Origin: Chamaesiphon sp.
Lineage (GTDB): Bacteria; Cyanobacteriota; Cyanobacteriia; Cyanobacteriales; Chamaesiphonaceae
Length of the DNA: 64,000 nucleotides
Reading direction: 5' to 3'
NCBI GenBank assembly: GCA_965246715.1
Contig: CBDFFH010000027.1
Coordinates: forward strand, 128,001 to 192,000
Part shown: one piece after another, positions 49,280 through 61,122 of the stretch
How the letters are laid out: each line of letters begins with the position of its first letter
How positions within the stretch are numbered: position 1 is the first letter of the stretch
Made by a program: the position numbers and the translations under genes
Notes under the pieces: model-generated
Told to the model about the DNA's origin: nothing
The model's database searches: none
What the model saw: the letters and a program-made list of their open reading frames with translations, nothing else

Positions 49280-50569
49280 TTATCTTAGAGCGAGAATAGA
49301 TTTTGAAACATATTTGACAGGTTTCTTTGTTTTTGTAACCCGACCATCTTCTATCGCTTTTTTCAACCAATTTTGTAATTGGCTGGGATTAACATCGAGT
49401 TTTTCTGCTAGAGATTTTGCATCAACTGGTTGCTGCAAATAAGATAAGATAAATGGCAATGCAGCTTCATAGATGTTAGTGGGTGATTTAGTTTCCTCGG
49501 TATCCTTATCTTTAGTTCTATCGGTATCATTATCTACCGCTTCAAATCCTCCTATCGATTGTAATTGAGTAGCAATATTATCTAAAGATAAAGAACATTG
49601 AACAGCCTCAAGTGGTACAGATTGTGTACTGATAATTTCTTGCAATCTTTGTTCTAAATGATGATGCCAAGGTGCTGGAGGAAATTCTCTAGCTCCTAGT
49701 TTAAGTAACTGCTTATTTCCTTGAGATATTTTCCCCTCTGTTTTCACGAATACTGGTATACCCTTTTCTAGCTTCAGAGCTTCCACTGCACCCGCCCAAG
49801 TACCACCTTTATTGTAGTCTGAACTTACAACTAAAGCATAATCAGCTAGGGCATAAATATATTTATTTCGCCCCATTGCATTACCCACATTAAATCCTGC
49901 TTGAGGATCGACAGCGGATACCAAAGTGAGTCTTTGTTCTTGAATTGCCGATCGATATTTAGCCGAAACAGCAGATTTAGCTAAACTATCAGCTAATATT
50001 CCCACCACAGTCCCCCCTGCGTCTATAGCTGCTAGCATCGCGGCTGTATCCACACCTCTGGCACCACCTGACACAATTTGGATACCATTTCCCGCACAAT
50101 TATCGGCAACTCTTTTTGTGTATTCAATGTCATCTTCATCCACGTTACGGGAACCAACAACAGCTAATCCACCTTGAGATAACAACTTTATATCTCCCAC
50201 TCCGTATAAAATTGCTGGAGCATTAGCTCCTAGTTGTTGTTTTAATCTCGCTGGATAATGACAATCTCCTCTCCCGACAATCCATAACCCTTGACTAGTC
50301 CATTTCTCAACCGCCAGAGCCAACATCATCCCTCTTGCCAATAGAGATTCTAGGCGATCGCGATCTAGTAATTCACAAGTTCGGAGTAATTCTTGTCCGT
50401 TTAATTCTAATAGATCTGCCGGACGTAACTTGCGATCGATCAACCACTGAGTTAAGGAATTATATTCCCCTAAACTCAAAGGTTGGGAATAAGAATCGCT
50501 ACTATTGCCAAATCTCGCACAAAGTAGCAAAATAGCCTGAGTATCTGGAGTGAGATGGTGGCTAGACAT
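49280..50569 (-). CDS. DprA/Smf-domain protein (RqlI-like)
   Basis: YPARL, AVVGSR, VSGGARGVD, MGRNKYIY and GGTWAG motifs. Confidence 0.9.
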   Translation of the reverse strand: MSSHHLTPDTQAILLLCARFGNSSDSYSQPLSLGEYNSLTQWLIDRKLRPADLLELNGQELLRTCELLDRDRLESLLARGMMLALAVEKWTSQGLWIVGRGDCHYPARLKQQLGANAPAILYGVGDIKLLSQGGLAVVGSRNVDEDDIEYTKRVADNCAGNGIQIVSGGARGVDTAAMLAAIDAGGTVVGILADSLAKSAVSAKYRSAIQEQRLTLVSAVDPQAGFNVGNAMGRNKYIYALADYALVVSSDYNKGGTWAGAVEALKLEKGIPVFVKTEGKISQGNKQLLKLGAREFPPAPWHHHLEQRLQEIISTQSVPLEAVQCSLSLDNIATQLQSIGGFEAVDNDTDRTKDKDTEETKSPTNIYEAALPFILSYLQQPVDAKSLAEKLDVNPSQLQNWLKKAIEDGRVTKTKKPVKYVSKSILALR

Positions 50570-50573
50570 GATT

Positions 50574-52658
50574 TTAATCGGCAGAATTGAGAGAGTTGAG
50601 GGCTAATGCGAGGGGAAATACTCGATCGCTACCTGCTTGTCTGAGTAAAGCGGCGATAACGGTAAAAGTCCAACCAGAATCTACCATGTCATCGATTAAA
50701 AACACTGCTCCTGAGGGCAATTCAGATCGATCGATCTCAAATACTCCATCTAAATTATGAGCCTGTTGATAACTGTTACCCATATTTTTCTGCGGTTGAT
50801 TCTCCTGCACTTTTCTCACGACTGGATAGAAGGGGATCTGCAAACCTTCAGCTAACCGCCGAGCAAAGTCAGGTACTAGATTAGGACGTTTGAGCGAAGG
50901 AACGCAAGTCACCCAAGTAGGAAAGGGATCTGGCTGCCATCGTTGAATCATCTCAATTGTAGCTCGAACTAGGTCATCGTTAAAGGACTCATCCTTGTAC
51001 TTACCTTGTTTTACCAGTTGACCCCAGCCTTCATCACCCCATAGAGATAAAGCTTTTCCACGTTCTGCACGTAATTCTGGTTTAATATTACCTGAAAAGC
51101 CATAACTTGCTAATGCACCTGCACTCCATTGTTTCCGAGGTTCGACAATGCGATCGCTACGTTTGAGATATTGAATGGCTTGGTTTAATAAAGTCGGTGA
51201 ATATTTGGTAGGGACTAAATCGCGATCGAGGCACACAGCACATTTAGCACAAGCTTGAGAATTTGGATCGTCTAACGCTGTGGATAAAAAGGTCATCAAA
51301 CATTGTGAACTCGCCATATAATTCTGCATTTGCTGCTGTTCTTGACGACGAATTTCTGTTAGTTGGTCGATCTTGACTCGATCGAGTTGGTACTCAACTG
51401 GGGTAGCATACCATTTGCTATCCAATTTCGTTACTGGGGATGGTGATTCTAAGGATAGGAATTTTAATATTTTCCTGATTCTTCCTAATGATAGATTTGT
51501 CTTAGATTCCAAAGAAACATCAGATAATCCATTTTCTATTTTCAATGCTTCTATTACTTGCAAAACATGACCTTGAAGAGGGAAAGCATTTTCAATGAAA
51601 TAGTTGGCAATTTCGTCATCTTCAGAGCCACTTAACAAAATACCATAGGCTCGATCGACTGCCCTACCCGCTCTACCAACCTGTTGATAATAATGCACGA
51701 CAGAACCCGGTCTTTGGTAGTGAATTACGAAACCTAAATCTGGCTTGTCGAAACCCATGCCTAATGCAGTTGTAGCAACTAGGACTTTAATTTCATTATT
51801 GAGTAATCGATCTTCTAACTCTATTCTTAACTCTGGATCTAACTGGCTATGATAGGCTGCTGCATTAATGTTATGCTGTCTCAACCACTCAGCTACGCGA
51901 TCGGCATCTCTAACCGTTAATGCGTAAACAATCCCACTACCTGGCAAATTAGGTAAACGTTCGGCTAACCAAGCCATTCTTGCTGCTGGAGATGGGATGG
52001 AGATATTTTGTAATTGGAGACTTTCACGAGTTAACTTGCCTCTAACCGTCCGTAGGCTAGCACCTAATTGATCTTCGATATCTCTGACCACTCGATTATT
52101 AGCTGTAGCTGTAGTTGCTAGTACGGGAATAGTTGGTGGTAAAGCTTGCAAAATTCTCACAATTCGGCGGTAATCTGGTCGAAAATCATGTCCCCAATCA
52201 GAAATGCAGTGAGCCTCATCAACCACGAATAATCCTATATTTTGAGAGATTGGTGCTAGTATATCTTCTCTAAATTTTTCATTTGCTAGGCGTTCTGGCG
52301 AGATTAATAAAATATCTACAGTACCAGACAAAACTTTTGACTTAACAGATTCCCACTCATCGGTATTACTAGAATTAATTGTCTCCGCTCTAACTCCCAT
52401 TTTCTCTGCTATGTTAATTTGGTTTCGCATTAAAGAAAGAAGCGGAGAAATGAGTAAAGTAATTCCCGCGCCTTTCTCTCTTAACAGTTTAGTAGCGAGG
52501 AAATAAACGATGCTTTTACCCCAACCTGTACGTTGAACCACTAATAATCGAGATTTATTCTCTACTAATGCAGAAATCGATTCCCATTGTCCATCTCGGA
52601 ATTTAGCTGTGGGAGCGTTCAGAGATTGACGCAAAAGTTGTAATGCGTGATTTTGCAT
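50574..52658 (-). CDS. RecQ-like helicase with a C-terminal phosphoribosyltransferase domain (RqlH-like)
   Basis: TGWGKS, DEAHCISDWGHDFRPDY and QQVGRAGR motifs; LIDDMVDSGWT PRPP motif. Confidence 0.92.
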   Translation of the reverse strand: MQNHALQLLRQSLNAPTAKFRDGQWESISALVENKSRLLVVQRTGWGKSIVYFLATKLLREKGAGITLLISPLLSLMRNQINIAEKMGVRAETINSSNTDEWESVKSKVLSGTVDILLISPERLANEKFREDILAPISQNIGLFVVDEAHCISDWGHDFRPDYRRIVRILQALPPTIPVLATTATANNRVVRDIEDQLGASLRTVRGKLTRESLQLQNISIPSPAARMAWLAERLPNLPGSGIVYALTVRDADRVAEWLRQHNINAAAYHSQLDPELRIELEDRLLNNEIKVLVATTALGMGFDKPDLGFVIHYQRPGSVVHYYQQVGRAGRAVDRAYGILLSGSEDDEIANYFIENAFPLQGHVLQVIEALKIENGLSDVSLESKTNLSLGRIRKILKFLSLESPSPVTKLDSKWYATPVEYQLDRVKIDQLTEIRRQEQQQMQNYMASSQCLMTFLSTALDDPNSQACAKCAVCLDRDLVPTKYSPTLLNQAIQYLKRSDRIVEPRKQWSAGALASYGFSGNIKPELRAERGKALSLWGDEGWGQLVKQGKYKDESFNDDLVRATIEMIQRWQPDPFPTWVTCVPSLKRPNLVPDFARRLAEGLQIPFYPVVRKVQENQPQKNMGNSYQQAHNLDGVFEIDRSELPSGAVFLIDDMVDSGWTFTVIAALLRQAGSDRVFPLALALNSLNSAD

Positions 52659-53191
52659 CTAATTTAGTCGATCGACGATCGATGGAATAATGTAATTAAT
52701 ACCTGATGTATTCTTGTATTATTCCCCAATCTCTTTCTAAAATCCAATCCCGCTCGCATGTATAGCGGCTCATTACGAAAAAACTTTGCAACAGATTAAT
52801 ACGATCCGCTATATTAAATGACACGACAATTGGCGGGGAGACAGCGATCGGCTCTGGGGTCAAATATGCTGTCATTGGACAAACGACAGCATCGATCGAC
52901 ACAACTGAAGCCCTGGCTAGTTATAGATCTCACGATCGATCGGTAGCTGTCGCGACAACCTCCGATCGATCGAAATAACAGAGTGGTTTAATAGTGTGAC
53001 GGAAAACTGTCAAGCACGGTTTTGTAGACGAGCGGCTGTCGTGAGATGGTCGCTTAGTTTAACTCTAATAGGGGTTGAAACAGAGTGCGTATCCTAATGC
53101 AGTTCCTAAGACTCTCGATGTCCATATCTTTAACAAAATACTAGTATTTTTGTTCTATAATAAGTTTGAAATCTAATTTCTTGCGATCGTG

Positions 53192-53411
53192 ATGGATACA
53201 TTTACAATCTATAACGCCAAATCCCAGTTCTCCAAATTATTATCCCGCGTGGAGCTAGGGGAAGAGATAATCATCTGCCAATCGAGGGATCGCGGTGGCT
53301 AGGTTAGTACCTGTGGAAAATAAGCGATCGCGCAGTCGCAGTATGGGTGTCGATCGCGGCTTATATTTTATCCCCTCCAGTTTCAAAAACCCGCTGCCCC
53401 CTCATTTATAA
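53192..53411 (+). pseudogene. Phd/YefM antitoxin with +1 at 53276
   Basis: YNAKSQFSKLLSRVELGEEIII / ANRGIAVARLVP...GVDRG. Confidence 0.8.
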
Positions 53412-53463
53412 ACCCGACTTTCCTAGTATTTCAGCCAAACAAGAGTAAGGAACTAGATCGCGA

Positions 53464-53928
53464 GTGAAAATACTAATCGATGCCCAGTGTTTTTTGTGGT
53501 GGTTTGTCGAACCAGATCGCTTGAGTGCTCCAACGATCGCCGCAATCTCTGACGAAACTAACTCACTCTGGTTTTCGGTCGCCAGCGTGTGCGAGCTGAC
53601 GATTAAGGTGTCACTGGGAACGTTATCGCTGCCCGAACCGATCGATTCGTATCTTGCCAGTCGGATGAAAAAGTTGCGGGCACAATTTTTGGATATTCGA
53701 GCGGATCAGGTATTGAAGCTAGCAACATTGCCGCTAGATCGATTCGATCTGATCCTGCTGGCTCAAGCACGAGTCGAAGGCATGACCCTCGTTACTGCTA
53801 ATCCAGATCTGGCCGATCGTGATGTGGAAATCCTCCTCAACGACTCGGACGAATGCAGCACGAATAGAATATCCGTGAGTCAAAGAGCCAGAGCAGAATT
53901 AGCGTCAGGCAAAAGTCTAAATCGATAG
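53464..53928 (+). CDS. VapC/PIN toxin, probably degenerate
   Basis: ILIDAQCFLWW...SVASVCE; the usual HHRDPFDR is reduced to DRFDL. Confidence 0.7.
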   Translation: MKILIDAQCFLWWFVEPDRLSAPTIAAISDETNSLWFSVASVCELTIKVSLGTLSLPEPIDSYLASRMKKLRAQFLDIRADQVLKLATLPLDRFDLILLAQARVEGMTLVTANPDLADRDVEILLNDSDECSTNRISVSQRARAELASGKSLNR

Positions 53929-54021
53929 TCGGGTACCGTCGCTATTAATTTAAGGAAACTTGACAGAGATTGCGAGAGCCGACGATCGAACTCAATATCG
54001 ATCGCCAATGCTTACACCTCG

Positions 54022-54070
54022 AATGGAGTAGTTATTCAGCAATTTAGTTGAATAACTACTCCATTTTTTT
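54022..54070 (+). terminator. Intrinsic terminator
   Basis: AATGGAGTAGTTATTCAGC-N6-GTTGAATAACTACTCCATT followed by a T-run. Confidence 0.8.
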
Positions 54071-54356
54071 GTCGATTGTAAAGTTTTGTTCACTGTTGGA
54101 TTTACTCTTGATTATTTTCAGCAATCGTCTATAATCTCATGCGGATAAAAGAGGAGGTGAATTTAACCTGACCAGCTAATCAAGTCAAGTTTATTCTACT
54201 CGATATATACCTGTTATTATTCACTTTGCTGTCAACTGAATCTCAGATCGATGGCGATCGTGGTCTTTTTTTATGCAAAAGTTGTTGCTGTTCGATCGGC
54301 AATTGCTCAAACGAATCGAGTCAAAACTTATATTCCTGAAAATATAGAGTGTCATC

Positions 54357-54783
54357 ATGAACTACGCTCACTTCACTAAGCAAACCTAGAAATAAAATTT
54401 CTTGGAAGTATATACAATATGCCTTGATTTCCTGTTTCTCGCCAATTATTTGGGGATGGAACTTAGCTCCTAAAGCTGATGCTGCCCCAATCTATGATGC
54501 TTTCGTAACAGTATCGACTACTAAAATTACCACAATAATGGCTGGATTCCCAGTTGCAGGGCCACTATTTACGACTCTGTTTACTGCAATTGTCAATCTA
54601 ATTCCCTGGGCTGTACTGCTGATGGTCGGTGGTATTGTCATCTGGCAAGCTTATTTGGGATACCAGGAATACGATCGAGAAAACTTTTCTGGGATAGTTA
54701 AACCGATGTTAAATATCATCGTCCTGGTAATTCTCGTCATTGCGACAGATAGAATTATCAACTTTATATTTACTGGTGCTTAA
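54357..54783 (+). CDS. VirB2/pilin-like membrane protein (ATG at 54357 is one base out of frame)
   Basis: Signal-like ADA-A followed by hydrophobic helices; first gene before the virB3/virB4-like genes. Confidence 0.55.
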
Positions 54784-54827
54784 TCGAGATAAATATCTAA
54801 TAGCTGTGACAGCTTTTACCTAATTAT

Positions 54828-55196
54828 ATGGAAAGAAAAACGCGAATCGAAGTCAATAGAGCATTGAGGCGCAGAGCGAAGATGATGGGCATTCCTCGCG
54901 ATGTCGCAATAGTTTTGGCACTAATCGTGGTTTTCTGTCTGTTTCTAGGCTACTTGAAGGTTCCTGGCAATATCGTTACAGCAATTTTCGTTACTTTATT
55001 TTTCACAGCCATACTTTCCCTAAAAGATGGAATGGCAGACGTACTAGCCAGAAACAGGGAACCAAAAAATTACACTAGAGGGTGCTTAAATTATCGATCG
55101 CCACTCTCAGACTTAACTCCTCAGTTGATAGCTCGTTTAATTAAAAAAAGTAACGACTATAAATTAATCTCAGTGTTAGGTTTTCGTCTGTTTTAA
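54828..55196 (+). CDS. VirB3-like membrane protein
   Basis: VNRALRRRAKMMGIP plus two TM helices, directly before the ATPase. Confidence 0.6.
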   Translation: MERKTRIEVNRALRRRAKMMGIPRDVAIVLALIVVFCLFLGYLKVPGNIVTAIFVTLFFTAILSLKDGMADVLARNREPKNYTRGCLNYRSPLSDLTPQLIARLIKKSNDYKLISVLGFRLF

Positions 55197-55219
55197 ATCC
55201 TTTAATTTATTTATCAGTT

Positions 55220-58011
55220 ATGAAAAATAAGGAAAGCAGTAAATCCCAAAAACAAAAGCGAGAACTCAGAAAAATAAAGCATAAAGGTTTGGGCAAAAAA
55301 AAGAAGCTGCTCTACCCGCTGGAAACCTCCACACATTTACAAAGTATCATCAACTATACCTTGCCAAATGGTACTCAAGTTGGTGCTTTATTGATGAACG
55401 CCAGCGATAAAGTAGACCTTCCAGAATATAAACTGCGATTTATTTGGGAATGCCCAGGCATTCACGATGATTTTGGTGAAGTAGCAGCTAAATCTATCGT
55501 TAACTCGATCGCATCTCTAGGACACGAATTACCGATCGGCGAGAAGTTGCGTGTTGAATTTCAATCATTCTGCGATCGTACCGATCGCCTGAATGAATTA
55601 ATCGCCCAATTTGAAACAGCATCGCCTCAATCTCAGCCATTAATTGCTGAGGAAATGCTGATTTTACAGAATCTCGACATTAGCGGTCAACGTCGCCCTC
55701 ATAAAGTATTTTTGATGGGCACTTTTACCCCTAACTTAGGAGCGCGAGAGCAAAAGCTCATCGAGAAAATCATTAAATTTAGTACTCTCTGGTATCAAAG
55801 ATTGTCGGGTTCGATCGAGGAAGTTCGCCAACAAACGATCGATGCGATTCTACTAAATGCCTACGAGCAGGGCTTTTTTGAGTGGTCTAATTTATTTAGA
55901 GATAAACTTCAGCTCAAAGCCACTCCCCTGTCTGGTGAAGGAGTATGGCAGCATTGCTGGCAGGAACTCAATCGGTTTAACGATCGCGCCGAACAGATAG
56001 AACCAGAGCCAGCACCACAACTAATCGAATTCAATCTGCAAAAAGGCACCATTGGCGAAAACGTGCGGACGCGGCTGCATCCAACTAGCGTAATGATGCG
56101 CTATCCGTCTGCCGTTCCCTCTTCCAACCGCGATCACATCAAAGTCGATCGTCAATACGTCGGTAGTCTGCTACTCAAACTTCAACCCAAAGTCTTTGAA
56201 GAAGCGGGTAATGAGTCGTATCAAGAAGTTCAACTGCATTATCTATCGAATTTAATGGCAATCGGCTCGGCTTACGATTATCGAATCGTGCTGGAGCTAT
56301 CGCGTCCAGAAGAGTTCGGCGTTCGTTACAACAACCAGCAACTCATCCGCCAGAATCATTACCGCAAGAAAGAAACAGAGGAAAAAGGACAAGTTGACGT
56401 TTTGGCAGACGAGGAGCTGAAAGAAGCCCTTGAAACCGAGCGGATGTTAATCGGTGGCGATACGAGTGTCGAATTTTCGCTCTGTATGTTTGTCTACAGA
56501 GAAACTTTAGAGCAGATGCACTTTGCCGCGCGTGACTTCTGCTCGCATTTTCGCTCGCCAGCAATTGTATTACTCGAAGTAGATACTTCTGATTCGCTGT
56601 GGGTATCATCGCTACCATTTTATGCAAAATCGATGCTGGTGGATGTCCGCGACAGGCGCGATCGCGAACGCCCTGAAATCGTCGCTGCTTACTTTCCATT
56701 GGTAACGACAGTTAACGCTCACAAATCTGGAATCGAATTTATTGCGAATAAAGGAGGTTCGCCCGTTTATTTCGATCCCTTCACCCACATGGGACACACT
56801 GCCATTTGGGGTAAAACTCGATCGGGTAAAACCTTACTCGCAGCGTTCAATATTCATAAAGCACTCAGTCAAGAAATTCCGGTGACGATTCTAGATCAGC
56901 CGCCGACAAAGGAAGCTAGTTCGTTCAAGGCTTTTACCGAACACATGAACGGGGCGTATATCGATGTGTTTAACGACTCGATTAATTTCTTTGAGACTCC
57001 GCTCATTGCTGAAGATATCGACACAGAGACTCGCGAGGACATGAAAAGGCAGAATGAAGAGTTTATCCTTCAAATTCTGACTTCAATGGTGTTGGGATGG
57101 AAGGGCGAACTGAAGGGCGTAAGTAGCAGTAAGGTCATTTCGATGCTGACAACCGCTCTGAAAAACTTCTTCAAAGACGAGCGGATTTTGATCCGATACG
57201 AACGAGCGATAAACGGGGGGATTGGCTCTATCGCTTGGCAGGATTATCCGATCCTGTCAGACTTCAAGAGGTTTTGCACGATCGAACGAATAAATCTTCC
57301 AGAGGCAACCTGCTGACGATATCGAGACTCTTGGCACAATTCAATTGCAGCTACAACGGTGGATCGATGGCTCCTACGGTAAGACTATAAATTCTCCCAG
57401 TTCCGTAAAACTCGATAGTCCGTTAATGACGATCGCGATGCGCGGGGTCAGTAACAACGATGATGCTGCTGTATTCGGCACGATTATGTACGCAGCGGCA
57501 ATGCGGCGAGCGATTGCCGCTGCCAGTGGAAAAGGTTCGTTGCTATTTATCGACGAAGCCTCGATTACCTTCGATCTCGATCCGCTCTCACTCTGCGTCG
57601 GGCGGGTTGCAGCAAACGGACTCAAAGCCGGAATGCGCCTGATGATTGCGGCACAGGAGCCGAGTAGCGTCTTTAATAGCGCGGGTGGGAAGAAAATTAA
57701 GGACGCACTTTCATATCACCTCATCGGCAGAATTGGTGACAGTCTCTCCGAGTATTGCAATCCCGACTTGCTTGGAGTCCCCGAAGCATTGGCATGTGAA
57801 TAATGCCAGAAAAGATTTTGAGCCAGATAAAGCCACTTGCTCTAGCCAGTGGTTGCTCAAAATAGACGATCTGTTTACTCCCGCGCGGATCTATCTCCCG
57901 CCCTCGTTGGTGGCTCTCACAGCTAACAATATCGACGAGCAGCAAGAGCGCAAAGCTCGCGCCGCAGCCACTAACGGTCGGATCGACGAATTAACCCTGA
58001 TTACTAATTGA
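55220..58011 (+). CDS. virB4: VirB4-like conjugation ATPase, split by +1 indels at about 57311 and 57795
   Basis: HTAIWGKTRSGKT Walker A; LFIDEA Walker B and AAQ in the second piece; SQWLL...LTANNIDEQ tail in the third. Confidence 0.8.
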
Positions 58012-58021
58012 GAGGAAGATT

Positions 58022-59013
58022 ATGATGAAACATATCCTTTATTACTGACGATCGTAGGCAATATCATCTTGCTAGTTGCATCGATCTCTGGAGCCAATGC
58101 TGCAACCTTGCAACCGCCAGTGACAATTCCAGATTCGATCGCTCCTAGCGATACACCCACGGCAAATCCCACCGACCCAACAGCAAATCCTACATTCAAC
58201 CCCAGCGGCATTCAGTCGATCTTATCGAGCAATGGCAATTTATCTACTGTCTTTAGTGGCATCGTTAGTGCATTTCCAGGGCTAGATCCGAATATTGCCT
58301 CAGCTCTAACAACTGCATCGAAATATGCACCGATCGCACAAAGCGTACTAGCAGGTCAGCAACCCACGCCAGCACAAATCGGACAAGTTGCGGCAGGGAT
58401 GAATGGCGGTACTGGGATCGGGATTAATTTTGGTGCCTGGGGACTAGATGCAGCGGGTAATATTCAACCATTAAATCCCGATGGCAGCGTCAAAACCGAC
58501 GATCCGACAGGCAAAATGATTGCTTATCAGGCGAGTAACCTCCTCAACGGCAAAGGTTTAGACACCAAAGCTGTCATCGCTCAATTGGATTTAGCTAAAT
58601 CTAAGTCTGGAGCCAGTGTTGCCGAAGCCAATCGCCAAAACACCAACAAAGCAGTTTCCTCAATTATGAGTGCGACTGGCGATGCTAATAATTCCACATT
58701 GGCGACTGGTGCCGCTCAAGCCGATCTTAGTGCCAAAGCGGGTAGCAGTTTTAACCGGATGGGCGCGATGAACAATATGCTCTCCCAAAGTCTGATTATG
58801 GGTGCCACTGCAAATACCATCGGGCTGGCTAATTTATCTCAAGGAGAAAATCAAGCCAAGCACAACGCTCTGGTACAACAGCGGAGTATCGCTGAGGACG
58901 AGCAAAAACGAGTTGAAGCAGACATGGATTCCCTCAAAACGACTTATCTTGAAGCTAACAAAATCAAAGCTCGCGCTCGGTTGTGCGCTTCAAGTAATAT
59001 TTGCTGGATCTAA
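58022..59013 (+). CDS. Secreted T4SS-cluster protein (VirB5-like position); -1 indel near 58030
   Basis: Adding one A gives the signal peptide MMKTYPLLLT...ANA; GAGG RBS upstream. Confidence 0.55.
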
Positions 59014-59039
59014 TTCATAGTGTTCGATTCGATCGAACG

Positions 59040-59080
59040 TCGATTTAAGATATTTGCTACGTGTAAATATCTTAAATCGA
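59040..59080. terminator. Long intergenic hairpin in the tra cluster
   Basis: TCGATTTAAGATATTT-N9-AAATATCTTAAATCGA. Confidence 0.6.
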
Positions 59081-59114
59081 TAGACAGTCTTTTATTACAG
59101 GGAGCAGAGCTATT

Positions 59115-60230
59115 TTGTTTGCCGATATTCTTCACACTACAATCCTAGCCTCAACCGATCCTGCTGTAATTGCGAGTGAGTACGAACAAGCACTCTTTAA
59201 AATAATTAGCATTCTCATCACTGGTAATGCAGCATCGTTTACAGATACTTTTTGGATGGCAATAGTAGAACCATGTAAGGTTATTGCCGGAGTTGGAGTA
59301 TTGTTTTGGCTAGTGCCAATTATCCCCGACTTATCTTTCGACAACCTTAAAAATCATCTGCTGAGGATTTTAACACTACTGCTCATCACATTTATGTTCG
59401 TAGGAAATGCTTATGGAGCGCGGGTGTTTGCGATCGGTAACTATGCCCTGATTAGAGGTATCGATAGTTCGATCGCCACCAATACAAAATTGCTAGGAAG
59501 TGTCAATGCCGAACTTGCGGGGATCAAAACCGACAATGAAACTGTTAAGGCGATTAGTAATCAAATGCAAGTCTGCATCAAGTTACCGAAGACTATCGCC
59601 GATCCCGATCCCGCCAAGCCAGGAAATGTCATTCCAAATCCAGCATACGTCCAGTGTACTAAAGATGTAAAGACGATGGTTGTCGCAGCTAAACTATCGG
59701 TGGCGAATCCCGAACTTGTCACAGAATTAGCCGATACAGAAGCCAAAATGAATAGTCTCGTCGATTCGTATGACTATAACAGCGTCTGGAATCAATTTGT
59801 TAAATTTGCAAATGACCCAGATAAATGGTTGCGCGATTGGTTGGTTGGTGCAATCTTAGATGGCTGGTCTGTGATGATTGGTGAAATAGCTGATGAAGGT
59901 TTCATCCTGTCAATTTTGGCTTTACCAATTCCACTTGCATTCTCATTTTTGAATACCAAACCACTTGAAATTTGGTTTGCTTCATTGTGGGGATTAGGTA
60001 TTTTCAAGTTCTCATTAACTATCTTGGGTGCAATGATGGGTTTTATCAACGCAAATACATCAGGAAGCCAGCCAGCCTATAGCTTACAACTAGGCTATGC
60101 GATCGGCGCACCGATAATTGCTGGAGTAATTGCCAAGGGTGGCGGAGCGGGTATCTACGCACTAATGGCTCAACTTACAACCGATCTAATCGGACTTGTA
60201 GCACCATCCAAGATGATTCCTAAAAAATAA
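59115..60230 (+). CDS. VirB6-like polytopic membrane protein
   Basis: Multiple TM segments; ALPIPLAFS...GAPIIAGVIAKGGG. Confidence 0.6.
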   Translation: MFADILHTTILASTDPAVIASEYEQALFKIISILITGNAASFTDTFWMAIVEPCKVIAGVGVLFWLVPIIPDLSFDNLKNHLLRILTLLLITFMFVGNAYGARVFAIGNYALIRGIDSSIATNTKLLGSVNAELAGIKTDNETVKAISNQMQVCIKLPKTIADPDPAKPGNVIPNPAYVQCTKDVKTMVVAAKLSVANPELVTELADTEAKMNSLVDSYDYNSVWNQFVKFANDPDKWLRDWLVGAILDGWSVMIGEIADEGFILSILALPIPLAFSFLNTKPLEIWFASLWGLGIFKFSLTILGAMMGFINANTSGSQPAYSLQLGYAIGAPIIAGVIAKGGGAGIYALMAQLTTDLIGLVAPSKMIPKK

Positions 60231-60271
60231 TTATAGTTTCTGCCATCGGATTGTCACTCTATTGTAAAACA

Positions 60272-61090
60272 ATGAAAGTCAGACAAATATCAAACTTTGT
60301 TCCACAACAAGATGAACATTCATCGGTAATAGTTCTCCACGATTCGAGAGATAATGCACCAGAGGAATATATTGTAGATAATTCGGAAGTAATCAGCTCA
60401 AAAAACATTATTACTGGGTGGAAGATCGCCACAATCGGCTTACTCTTTGTCAATGTTTTTTTTGGAGTAGCTATTATCGGCATGTTATTTGCTGCCATCT
60501 CGCGATCGATGCCAACTTTCATTACTCGTGGTAATGGTGAAACCGAAAATCTGGAATTTTTCACGGGAACCGATCGGTCGCCAACGCTGATTAAGTTCTT
60601 CGCTCAAAAAACCATGAGTGGTATTTATACTTGGCGAAACACGCTACCAGAAAAGGGGAATATTCCCGATCCTGGTATCGCTGTCGAAGGCGGAAGAAAA
60701 ATTCCAACTACTGCATATCGCTATACTCTTGCCTTAGAACCAGAATTTGCTAATAGTTATCGCAAACAATTAGGCGAACTCCAATCGATCGTGCGAGGAA
60801 GTGGCAATAGTTCGGTGCAAACTGCATACATTATCGAGCAAGTTAGCGAACCAGAATCTTTAGGCTCTGGGAAATGGAAGGTCAAAGTTGCTGGCACTCA
60901 ATTAATTGTCAATAGTAGCAACGAGCAACCGACAAAGCTAAACATTAATGTCGAGATGACCGTTCGAGCGGTGCCACCACCGCTATTATCGGAAGTCACT
61001 CGCAAGTATGAAGATATCGGCATTGCTAAAGCCGCTCAGATCGCTCGTGCTGAGGGGCTAGAAGTTATCTCAATTACAAATATTAAATAA
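60272..61090 (+). CDS. VirB8-like bitopic protein
   Basis: Single TM helix, then DRSPTLIKFF...YTW...GKWKV. Confidence 0.55.
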   Translation: MKVRQISNFVPQQDEHSSVIVLHDSRDNAPEEYIVDNSEVISSKNIITGWKIATIGLLFVNVFFGVAIIGMLFAAISRSMPTFITRGNGETENLEFFTGTDRSPTLIKFFAQKTMSGIYTWRNTLPEKGNIPDPGIAVEGGRKIPTTAYRYTLALEPEFANSYRKQLGELQSIVRGSGNSSVQTAYIIEQVSEPESLGSGKWKVKVAGTQLIVNSSNEQPTKLNINVEMTVRAVPPPLLSEVTRKYEDIGIAKAAQIARAEGLEVISITNIK

Positions 61091-61122
61091 GATTAATCTC
61101 ACAAAATCCAAGGAATATTTAT

